Shown here one piece after another: positions 20,874 to 29,338 of a stretch of 64,000 nucleotides of DNA. The stretch is from assembly GCA_963665115.1 (NCBI GenBank), contig OY762007.1:704001-768000 (forward strand). Reading direction: 5' to 3'. Position 1 is the first letter of the stretch, and every line of letters starts with the position of its first letter. This DNA comes from an uncultured Rivularia sp. Lineage in GTDB: Bacteria; Cyanobacteriota; Cyanobacteriia; Cyanobacteriales; Nostocaceae. A program made the translations under genes and the position numbers. The notes under the pieces were generated by a model. That model did not search any database and had not been told where the DNA came from. It saw only the letters and a list, made by a program, of their open reading frames with translations.

Positions 20874-22817
20874 TTACTGAATTACGCTGATTAGAGTCTT
20901 GATATTAGATATAAAATTTGTATTTCCCTGCTGTCGAGCAAGATTTTCAGCTTTCCTAAAATTTTCGGCAGCCCCTTGTTTATCATCTTGAGAAGCGCGT
21001 TCAAATCCTTTATATAGGTAAAGGTTAACATCATTAGCAGCATACTGAATCGCTTTGTTAATATCCGCAATTGCCCCTGACTTATTTTCCTGTTTAATGC
21101 GTATCAATGCACGGAAAAAATAAGCTTGATCCTGCGAGGGATCTAAACGTAAACTTTGGTTGAAATCCGTTAATGCTTTCTGAAAATCCTTTTTTAAAAA
21201 CAGAATTTTTGCTCGGCTTGCGTAAGCGCTAGCATAATTAGGATTAATATTGATTGCTTGGTTGTAGTCTGTGAGAGCTTTTAGAGCATCTCCATTTGCT
21301 GCGTAAGCATCTCCCCGCAAATTGTACATTTCGGCATCTTCGGGATTAACTTGAATTGCTTTTGTAAATGAATTAATTGCTGCTGGATAATTATTTGATA
21401 CATTAAATGCGAAGCCTTCAGAACCATATGCATAAGCTTGATTGCCTTGAGCAGCAAATAGTTTTGAGGCTTTTTGTACATTAGCAATTGCTTTTTGTAT
21501 GTCTCCAAAATTGTAATGGACAACACCAAGAATTAAATAAGGAAATGCATAATTAGGAGCAATGCTAATCGCTTTATTTACATCGGCGATCGCACTTGTT
21601 TTATCTTGAAGTTTTAAGTGCGTAAAAGCTCTACCCATATAGGCATAAGCATCGCTCGGTTGCAGTGACAAACTCTTGTTATAATCAGCGAGCGCTCCCT
21701 TTAAATCTCCCGAATTTAAGCGAGTCATTCCCCTTTCGTTATAAGCATCGGTATCTTTGGGATTAAGTTGAATCGCTTGAGAAAAAGCTGCAATTGCTTT
21801 TGGATAATCTTTTTGCAGCATCCGCATCGAACCTTGGCTTCTAAAAGCATCTCCCTTATTACCTTGTGCGGCAAATAATTCAGCAGCTTTTTGTAAATCC
21901 CCAATTGCCTTTTCCGGCTCCCCAATATTTTGTCTAGCTTCAGCACGACGGTAATAAGCAAAAGCATATTTAGGATTAATACGAATAGCTTGATTTAAAT
22001 CTGTTATAGCTCCTTGAAAATCTGCTTTATTCCGTTTTTCCACACTTTGTAGATAAAAATCATCCGCTTTAGGTTTTGTTGCAATATTTGGTTTTGTCGA
22101 TGTCGCTGTATTTGAAGCCGTTTTAAACAACTTTGTAAAAGTACTAATAGGAATACCTAAATTTCTACCAGTTTTGATAATAATATTGGGATTAACATCA
22201 GAAATATTAAAATTTTCCATAGTATCTCCCCTACCGTGAATTCCCACTAATTCACCCTTTTCATTTAATACCGGGCCACCACTCATTCCCGGAAAAGTAT
22301 CAATACTGTAAACTAAAGAATAGCCATCGCGTAAAGACTTAGAAGCATTAGCAATAATACGCCCATCCATAAAAGTATAAAGCGCATTAGAAACTGCCGC
22401 AGTAGGCTTAGGAAAACCAGCCACATAAGCAGTAGTACCTTCTGTAGAGTTATTCGGATTACCTATTTTCGCAGTAGCATAATTTTGATTGCTGTTAAAT
22501 TTAACAACAGCCAAATCAACATCTTTTAATGGTTTAATATTGCTTTTATTTAAACTGTATCGCTGCCCATCAGAAGTAACAATATTGTAATCGCTCGTAC
22601 CTCTAACCACATGAGCAGCAGTAAGAACAGTATAAGTTGTTCCAGAGCGATCGATAATTACACCACTACCAGGACTATTTTTATTATCAATTAAAACAGT
22701 AATTTCCTTAGCCATCTTCGCCACCTCAGCAGAAGATTGAGCCACAGCAAACTGCGGTTGCACCAACACAGTTGATACCGTTATCATCACCGGAGAAATT
22801 GCATAATATAGCTTCAT
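20874..22817 (-). CDS. Secreted trypsin-like serine protease with TPRs
   Basis: Start MKLYYAISP (the upstream extension is STRR); triad intact; TPRs. Confidence 0.92.
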   Translation of the reverse strand: MKLYYAISPVMITVSTVLVQPQFAVAQSSAEVAKMAKEITVLIDNKNSPGSGVIIDRSGTTYTVLTAAHVVRGTSDYNIVTSDGQRYSLNKSNIKPLKDVDLAVVKFNSNQNYATAKIGNPNNSTEGTTAYVAGFPKPTAAVSNALYTFMDGRIIANASKSLRDGYSLVYSIDTFPGMSGGPVLNEKGELVGIHGRGDTMENFNISDVNPNIIIKTGRNLGIPISTFTKLFKTASNTATSTKPNIATKPKADDFYLQSVEKRNKADFQGAITDLNQAIRINPKYAFAYYRRAEARQNIGEPEKAIGDLQKAAELFAAQGNKGDAFRSQGSMRMLQKDYPKAIAAFSQAIQLNPKDTDAYNERGMTRLNSGDLKGALADYNKSLSLQPSDAYAYMGRAFTHLKLQDKTSAIADVNKAISIAPNYAFPYLILGVVHYNFGDIQKAIANVQKASKLFAAQGNQAYAYGSEGFAFNVSNNYPAAINSFTKAIQVNPEDAEMYNLRGDAYAANGDALKALTDYNQAININPNYASAYASRAKILFLKKDFQKALTDFNQSLRLDPSQDQAYFFRALIRIKQENKSGAIADINKAIQYAANDVNLYLYKGFERASQDDKQGAAENFRKAENLARQQGNTNFISNIKTLISVIQ

Positions 22818-22952
22818 TTTTTTATCCTTAATAGAATTGGGAATTGGGCATTGGGCATTGGGCATTGGGCATTGGGAATAGTTGAGAGTAGTGAGTTAGG
22901 AGTTAGGAGTTAGGAGTTAAGAGTTAGAAATTATAAAATTAGGAGTTAATAG

Positions 22953-23795
22953 TCAGTTATTGTCTCCTTGTCTCCCCATCCCCATGCCCCATCCCCAATC
23001 CCCCATGCCCAATCCCCCATGCCCAATCCCCATTACCTTCCCCATCGGCACCGCCCAACTCAAACGCACAATCTTTTCATGCAAAGCCTTATCAACTTCC
23101 TCTCCCGACTCGAATACCGAAGGAATATCCCACAAAGGAAAAGCGTGCATTCCATTGACACCAACAACTTCACCGCTCTGATTCAATAAAGCACCACCGC
23201 TCATTCCCTTTTGAATATCGTTGGTGTAACCAATTTGATATCCTCCCTGTAAAGCCTTGTCTAAAATCAAAGAAACTTTACCAGTAGTTAACAAAAACTT
23301 GACACGACTACCAGCTTCAACAATCGGAAATCCGGCGGCAACGACTTCCGCACCTACTTTTGGCTTCACCCCAATAGATGGAATGGTATAAACTTCACCT
23401 TTGCTGCGAAACTGCAATATTGCTAAATCATCACCCTTCTCAGAAGCAACATATTTAGTCTCGGCTTTCCAAATCTTGCTATCTGAAGTTTGAATTTGAT
23501 AGGGAGCTTTGCCCGCTCGCAATACATGGGCATTCGTCACCACCGTGTAAACGCAACCCTGTTTTTTTAGTAGAAATCCCGTGCCTATAATCTCAGGTGC
23601 CATCACCTTTACAGAAATATTTTCCGCTCTTTGCTGTAGCTGTTGTGGTGACAATATTGATGGTTTTACTTGAGAAGTTTGCTCCTCACAGCTATTACTA
23701 TCGCTTCTAGCCGAAACAGTACAGCATAAATTTGACACAGACAGCACAACTAGTAAAAAACTAAAACAGCCGATATTCCATTTGCGCCATAGCAT
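22953..23795 (-). CDS. Trypsin-like serine protease without TPRs
   Basis: TNAHV, DDLA, GMSGG; C-terminus runs into STRR. Confidence 0.88.
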   Translation of the reverse strand: MLWRKWNIGCFSFLLVVLSVSNLCCTVSARSDSNSCEEQTSQVKPSILSPQQLQQRAENISVKVMAPEIIGTGFLLKKQGCVYTVVTNAHVLRAGKAPYQIQTSDSKIWKAETKYVASEKGDDLAILQFRSKGEVYTIPSIGVKPKVGAEVVAAGFPIVEAGSRVKFLLTTGKVSLILDKALQGGYQIGYTNDIQKGMSGGALLNQSGEVVGVNGMHAFPLWDIPSVFESGEEVDKALHEKIVRLSWAVPMGKVMGIGHGGLGMGDWGWGMGMGRQGDNN

Positions 23796-23917
23796 CTTAT
23801 ATTATTTTGGATTTTAGATTTTAGATTTTAGATTTTGGATTTTGGATTGAGGCAATTTTGAGTGTAGATACTCCTCCCCAAACATTGCCGTTATGTTGTC
23901 ACACACCCTACTAACAA

Positions 23918-24464
23918 CTATCTTTTTGCTTCATCACTACCGCTTTCCAAATATCTTTCAAAATCGATATCTACAGAATTAGAACTTTCGTTAAGCACCA
24001 TTCCTCCAGCTAATCCGCGTCTATCTAATAGTCTTCGTAAAGTCGCATGAGGATTGCTACCCGGTTTTAAAGTAAATAAAACAGTATCGCTGGTACAGCC
24101 AATTCCTGGGCTGGGAGTCGCACATAATACAGGCTGTCCCTTCAAAGTATCGGCTGTAATGTATCTTAAAATACCGTGATCGTAGAACCGTTGAAACTTA
24201 CTCGATACCGCTCCACAACGTCTTCTAGGTGTCCCACGGTGGCGGAAAATAATTGCTAACCCAGCGAACAATTGGCACCCTTTTACCATCTTGAGTGCGG
24301 GCAAAAGTTGTAGGAACAGACTTATTCTCATGCTTGCTCGTGCCGCAATAAAAAGTTGCCCCTTCAGCATAAGAAGGCATCGGACTAAATGTCACCGCAG
24401 AAAGTACAGTCAAAGAAGCTATAGTAGCTCCACTTAATGCTCTTACAAGTAAATCCAGTTTCAT
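23918..24464 (-). CDS. COP23 domain protein, +1 frameshift at 24233-24235
   Basis: FYCG..PTTFART..IVRW; removing one base gives WTPRRRCGAVSSKFQ, then PVLCA and LFTLKP. Confidence 0.85.
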
Positions 24465-24686
24465 AAATCAACGCAACTTTAATATAAAAGCGTAAATTCG
24501 ACTTTTGTGTTAACTTTTCCAAGCTACAAGTTCTACTTATAGCATTTCGGATTATGCCTAGATATATCAGCTATATGAAGCCTTTTTAATAAAGATATTG
24601 TTAAGAGCAGTATTTTGACTGCTTATTTAGATGATTAGCAAGCCCTAAGTGGGTTTTGTATAAAAGGGTATGCAAAATTAATTGTG

Positions 24687-24750
24687 TCATTGCAAGCGAA
24701 GTGGATCTTTCCTAGAATCTTGTGATTGCTTCGCTATCGCTCGCAATGAC
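24687..24750. repeat. Palindromic GTCATTGC...GCAATGAC dispersed element
   Basis: Terminal inverted repeat gtcattgcaagcga / tcgctcgcaatgac. Confidence 0.6.
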
Positions 24751-24948
24751 AAATGTACAATTAGTTTTTCTTGAGTACTTAAAAGGTAGTAGGGAGGAGT
24801 TAAGAGCAATCGGTTTAAATATTCTCCATTCCCTTTCATATACAAAAATCTCAAGTCAAGAGTATATAGTTGCTGAAAAAAAGCGTAATTTAGCAGAGAA
24901 TGAAATTTATTCTCCTTGTTGACATTTATCTAAGTCAATAAAAAAGAT

Positions 24949-26217
24949 ATGAGTAAACCTAAAAAATCACTTTTTCAGAAGCTGCAACAGAATTGGCGTT
25001 TTGTAAACAAATGGTTTTTTGATACACCTCAAAGAGCGCTATTAATTGCTTATGAAGCAGCATTGAAAATTCGAGATATTGAAGACAAGCATTTTAATGG
25101 GAGAAAAATTTCTTCAGAATCAACGGAACATACGGCAAATATTTTATCTTATTGGCAAGCAGAATTAGAAAAAAACCTCAAAATAATCAACTTCAGATTA
25201 GCAGAATTTCAGCGAACTCGTTCTGTATTAAATATATCCGATCTAGCATTTTTAGATCGATTAAAGTTTATCGATGAAGTAACAGCAAAATATGCCATTG
25301 ATACAGAGTTTCCTTCACGAAGATTATCAGTTAATTCAGAATCAAATCTTCAAACCTACGAAGTACCCAGCGAACCAGATTATCCTGATATAAATAAAAT
25401 GAAAGTTAAACCTGTCTCTGTAAAAACAGGTTTATTTCCAGGTTCAATTACAAGGAGTTTGCAAAAAGTTTTCAAAGAGCTATCTCCACAAGCGGAAGAG
25501 AAAGCTGTTAAAGATTTCCAAATAGCCAGCAAAAGAACAAAAATTGCTTTAAAATTTTTAGCAACCTTAATATTAGTACCTTTTCTAACATATTTAACAG
25601 TCAAACTACTATTAATTAATCCAATAGTAAATCGAGTCAGAACTGATATTGCTACCGATGCTTTTATAAATACTCATATAGAAGAAAGAGTACTGCATGA
25701 ATTCAAATTTTATCAACAAGAGCAGAGATTTGAAAAACTAATTCTGCAAGCTCCATTATTATCACCAGAAGAAACACAGCAAAAACAAAAAGAAAGAGCA
25801 ATCGAAATAGCAGAAAAATTTCACCAACAAAACAACAGCGCTATTAGTAACGTATTCGCGGATTTAATTTCATTTATAGTATTTGCATTAATAATTGCTA
25901 CCAGCAAAAGAGAAATAGCAATTTTACAACTATTTCTAGATGATACAGTATACGGACTTAGCGACAGCGCCAAAGCATTTCTAGTTATTTTATTAACAGA
26001 TATGTTTGTAGGTTTTCATTCACCCCACGGATGGGAAGTACTTCTCGAAGAAATTGCACAACATCTAGGCATCCCACCATCAAGACACGTAATGTTTCTA
26101 TTTATCGCCACATTTCCCGTAATTTTAGATACTATTTGTAAATACTGGATATTTCGTTATTTGAGTCGTATTTCACCATCAGCATTAGCTACTTTTAAAG
26201 AAATGAATGAGCAATAG
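24949..26217 (+). CDS. pxcA: Proton extrusion protein PxcA (CemA family)
   Basis: YGLSDSAKAF, TDMFVGFHSPHGWE, FIATFPVILDT..KYWIFRYL. Confidence 0.93.
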   Translation: MSKPKKSLFQKLQQNWRFVNKWFFDTPQRALLIAYEAALKIRDIEDKHFNGRKISSESTEHTANILSYWQAELEKNLKIINFRLAEFQRTRSVLNISDLAFLDRLKFIDEVTAKYAIDTEFPSRRLSVNSESNLQTYEVPSEPDYPDINKMKVKPVSVKTGLFPGSITRSLQKVFKELSPQAEEKAVKDFQIASKRTKIALKFLATLILVPFLTYLTVKLLLINPIVNRVRTDIATDAFINTHIEERVLHEFKFYQQEQRFEKLILQAPLLSPEETQQKQKERAIEIAEKFHQQNNSAISNVFADLISFIVFALIIATSKREIAILQLFLDDTVYGLSDSAKAFLVILLTDMFVGFHSPHGWEVLLEEIAQHLGIPPSRHVMFLFIATFPVILDTICKYWIFRYLSRISPSALATFKEMNEQ

Positions 26218-26219
26218 TT

Positions 26220-26420
26220 TTGGGGATTGGGAATTGGGGATTGGGCATGGGGGATTGGTAATTGGGCATGGGGGATTGGTAATTGGAGAGAATTCTTAAT
26301 CACTCCCTACCCCCTACCCCCTACTCCCTACTCCCTACCCCCTACCCCCTACTCCCTACCCCCTACTCCCTACTCCTAACTCCCTACCCCCTACTCCTAA
26401 CTCCCTACTCCCTACTCCTA
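26220..26420. repeat. STRR heptamer tracts (e.g. TTGGGGA/TTGGGCA, CTACTCC/CTACCCC)
   Basis: Tandem 7-mers; similar tracts near 700-750, 22835-22930, 23805-23848, 28450-28593, 35925-35978, 38560-38595, 57795-57840 and 62465-62515. Confidence 0.9.
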
Positions 26421-26707
26421 ACTATCTCAAACCCCTGCAACCCTTCTGCTTCTGAATATTCAACTTGTACGTCTTTGACAACAGCAGAATTTGATCCTTG
26501 ATGGCACCAGCGAATCATTTCTTCTACTACTTCCGATGTTCCTTCAAATACTGCTTCAACGCGACTATCGGCAAGATTTCGCACCCATCCGTTTAAACCT
26601 AATTTTTTGGCTGCATTCATCGTGGAGTAACGATAGCCTACTCCTTGCACTTTGCCGGATATAAAGGCATGGGCGCGAGTTTGTTTTGGTAAATTAGAAT
26701 TTGACAT
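26405..26707 (-). CDS. acyP: Acylphosphatase
   Basis: ISGKVQGVGYR and GWVRNLADSRVE signatures. Confidence 0.93.
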   Translation of the reverse strand: MSNSNLPKQTRAHAFISGKVQGVGYRYSTMNAAKKLGLNGWVRNLADSRVEAVFEGTSEVVEEMIRWCHQGSNSAVVKDVQVEYSEAEGLQGFEIVRSRE

Positions 26708-26831
26708 GATTTGACAAGAAAGGGAATAGGGAACAGTTTTCCTATATAAACAATATAAAATAGGAATTTTTCTACTCAAGACTTATAATATTTAATCCCA
26801 TTAATCCAAAATCTAAAATCCAAAATCCAAA

Positions 26832-27200
26832 ATGGAATTACCTGCACTAACTACCGATACAATTTGGGCAATTCTCAAAAACGAAATTGATGATACAACC
26901 GTTCTTAATTTAGTATGGCATTATCTCGGTTATCGTTATGATGAATCTACTGGTAAATGGGATGCAAGTAATGTATCCGAAGAATGGCTTACTGAATATC
27001 CAGAGCCACCAGATTTTATCGCCAATCGTCCCCCAACGGTTAAGTTAACTCGTTCTATTCCCAAGGAAAATAAACAGATTGCCAAAGAATTTTTAGGTTT
27101 TACTGGTTACAAAATAGGCGAATTTGGACCTAGAGAAACACGTAGAGCAACTATTGCAAATTGGTTACTTAGCTATATGAAAATTAATGGTAAATGTTAG
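26832..27200 (+). CDS. Conserved cyanobacterial protein (DUF1823-like)
   Basis: LVWHYLGYRY, RPPTVKLTRSIP, TRRATIANWLL. Confidence 0.8.
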   Translation: MELPALTTDTIWAILKNEIDDTTVLNLVWHYLGYRYDESTGKWDASNVSEEWLTEYPEPPDFIANRPPTVKLTRSIPKENKQIAKEFLGFTGYKIGEFGPRETRRATIANWLLSYMKINGKC

Positions 27201-27262
27201 TAGTAGTGAGTAAAGAATTTTATATCTTTAACCTCTAACCTTTGACCTTTAACCTTAAAAAA

Positions 27263-28444
27263 ATGCGTTTTCCCAAATCATTATTCTTTTTTATAGCCGC
27301 TTTTATTACGGTTGGTTTGCTGCTGATAACTACTCCTGCCAAGGCTGCGAAGGATTTACCGCAGGAAAAAGCTGTCGGGAATATTGAAACAGTTGCTACT
27401 TTTAACGGTGCGATGCCTACGGGTGTAACGGTGTCGCAAACAGGAAGGATTTTCGTTAATTTCCCGCGTTGGGGAGATAAGGTTGATTTTACGGTTGCTG
27501 AAATCAAAAATAATCGTAGCGTGCCTTATCCTAATGCTGCGGTGAATGTTGCCAACAAAGATAAACCAAAAGATTCTTTACTTTCGGTGCAAAGTGTAGT
27601 TATCGATGCTTTAGATCGTTTATGGATTTTAGATACGGGAAGCATTGAATTTACGCCGACAATCGATGGTGGTGCAAAGTTGGTGGGAGTTGATTTGAAG
27701 ACGAATAAGATTTTTAAGAAAATCGTCTTTCCTCAAGATGTGGCTTTGAAAACCACTTATTTAAATGATGTTCGCTTCGACTTGCGACGCGGTAAGGAAG
27801 GAATGGCATTTATTACCGATTCGTCGCCAAATGGAGCAAATGCAATTATTATCGTCGATTTGGAAACAGGTAAAAGCTGGAGAAGGTTAAACAATCATCC
27901 ATCAACCAAAGCCGAAGATATTGACACATTTTTGCCCATTGTCGAAGGGCAACCGTTGATGTCTCGTCCACCACAGGCAGAAATTAGCGCTTTCAAAGTT
28001 GGTGCCGATGGTATTGCAATTAGTAGTAATGGCGATCGCCTATATTATTGTCCGCTTTCAGGTAGAACATTGTACAGCGTCAGTGTAGATGCATTAGTAG
28101 AGCCAGCATCGGAAGAAGAAGTTGCCAAAACCGTAATTAATCATGGTGACAAAGGTGGAGCTTCCGACGGCTTAGAATCCGACGCAGAAAACCGGATTTA
28201 CGTTACCAATTACGAAGACAACGCCATATTGCGCCGTTTAAATAATGGAATGTACGAAACCGTAGTTCACGATTCCCGCTTATTGTGGCCAGATACATTA
28301 TCATTAGCCTCAAACGGATATTTGTACTTCACCGCAAATCAGCTTCACCGTCAACCGAATTTTCATAACGGTAAAGACTTACGCGAAAAACCCTATAGCG
28401 TATTTCGGATTAAAGTTGATGCGAAACCAGTGGCTTTGAAGTAG
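27263..28444 (+). CDS. Major royal jelly/yellow family beta-propeller protein
   Basis: Signal peptide; GRIFVNFPRW, SVQSVVID..DRLWILDTG, YLNDVRFD, LLWPDT. Confidence 0.9.
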   Translation: MRFPKSLFFFIAAFITVGLLLITTPAKAAKDLPQEKAVGNIETVATFNGAMPTGVTVSQTGRIFVNFPRWGDKVDFTVAEIKNNRSVPYPNAAVNVANKDKPKDSLLSVQSVVIDALDRLWILDTGSIEFTPTIDGGAKLVGVDLKTNKIFKKIVFPQDVALKTTYLNDVRFDLRRGKEGMAFITDSSPNGANAIIIVDLETGKSWRRLNNHPSTKAEDIDTFLPIVEGQPLMSRPPQAEISAFKVGADGIAISSNGDRLYYCPLSGRTLYSVSVDALVEPASEEEVAKTVINHGDKGGASDGLESDAENRIYVTNYEDNAILRRLNNGMYETVVHDSRLLWPDTLSLASNGYLYFTANQLHRQPNFHNGKDLREKPYSVFRIKVDAKPVALK

Positions 28445-28648
28445 AGGGATGGGCATTGGGCATTGGGGATTGGGCATGGGAAGAGGGGGGAGAGGGGGAA
28501 GAGGGGGTAGAGGGGGGAGATGGGGAGATGGGGAGATGGGGAAAAAAATTCCTAACTCTTAACTCCTAACTCCTAACTCCTAACTCCTAACTCTATTGCC
28601 CATAACTAAAATAAAAAGATAAGCACGTATATTTGTAGTGAATAATAT

Positions 28649-28918
28649 ATGAATATCTCCTTTACTCCAGAATTAGAGCAATTTATTCAAAGTCAAGTTT
28701 CGAGTGGTAAATATGATTCGATAGAAGAAGTAATTGTTGCGGGAATTAAACTTTTAGAGGAAAGGGAATGTATCTATCAAGGTAGATTTGCACAATTGCA
28801 GCGAGAAATTGCAATCGGAGTTGAAGCTTCAGAGCGTGGGGAAGTTATTGACGGGGAAGTCGTTTTTCATCAATTACAACAGAAGCTACTTTCTCGTCGT
28901 CAGCAGAATGACAAATGA
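28649..28918 (+). CDS. ParD-like ribbon-helix-helix antitoxin
   Basis: MNISFTPELEQFIQSQVSSGKY..EEVI; 4-bp overlap with the toxin. Confidence 0.88.
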   Translation: MNISFTPELEQFIQSQVSSGKYDSIEEVIVAGIKLLEERECIYQGRFAQLQREIAIGVEASERGEVIDGEVVFHQLQQKLLSRRQQNDK

Positions 28919-29256
28919 CCAATATTTGTAGATTTACTGTTCCTGCAAGTCGGGATATTGAGAACATTATTGATTATGTTGCTGACAACAGTAGCTTTGA
29001 TGCTGCGGAAAGTTTGCTCAAGAAAATTAACGAAAAATGTAATAATCTAGCAAGCTTTCCTAGCATGGGGCGCAAGCGCGACGAACTTTTACCTTTTTTA
29101 CGTAGCTTTCCTGTCGATGATTATCTTATTTTTTATCGCCCTATTGAAGACGGGATTGAAATTTTACGGGTAGTTAGTGGTTATCGCGATTTAAATGCGC
29201 TTTTTGATGAGGCTAACAACGGATTGCATTTAAAATTATTTTCCTCAAGTTCATGA
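28915..29256 (+). CDS. RelE/ParE family toxin
   Basis: ASRDIENI, FPSMGRKR, YLIFYR..IEILRV. Confidence 0.9.
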   Translation: MTNICRFTVPASRDIENIIDYVADNSSFDAAESLLKKINEKCNNLASFPSMGRKRDELLPFLRSFPVDDYLIFYRPIEDGIEILRVVSGYRDLNALFDEANNGLHLKLFSSSS

Positions 29257-29338
29257 CTTTCGGTAAGATTACCGTAACGGGAATTACAAATTTCAAGAAG
29301 AGACAAGCTACATAATCCAAAACAAAATCCAAAATCGA

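Noticed and set aside
26283..26501. Pro/Leu-rich ORF, and similarly 22960-23189
   Set aside because: Encoded by STRR heptamers, antisense to real genes
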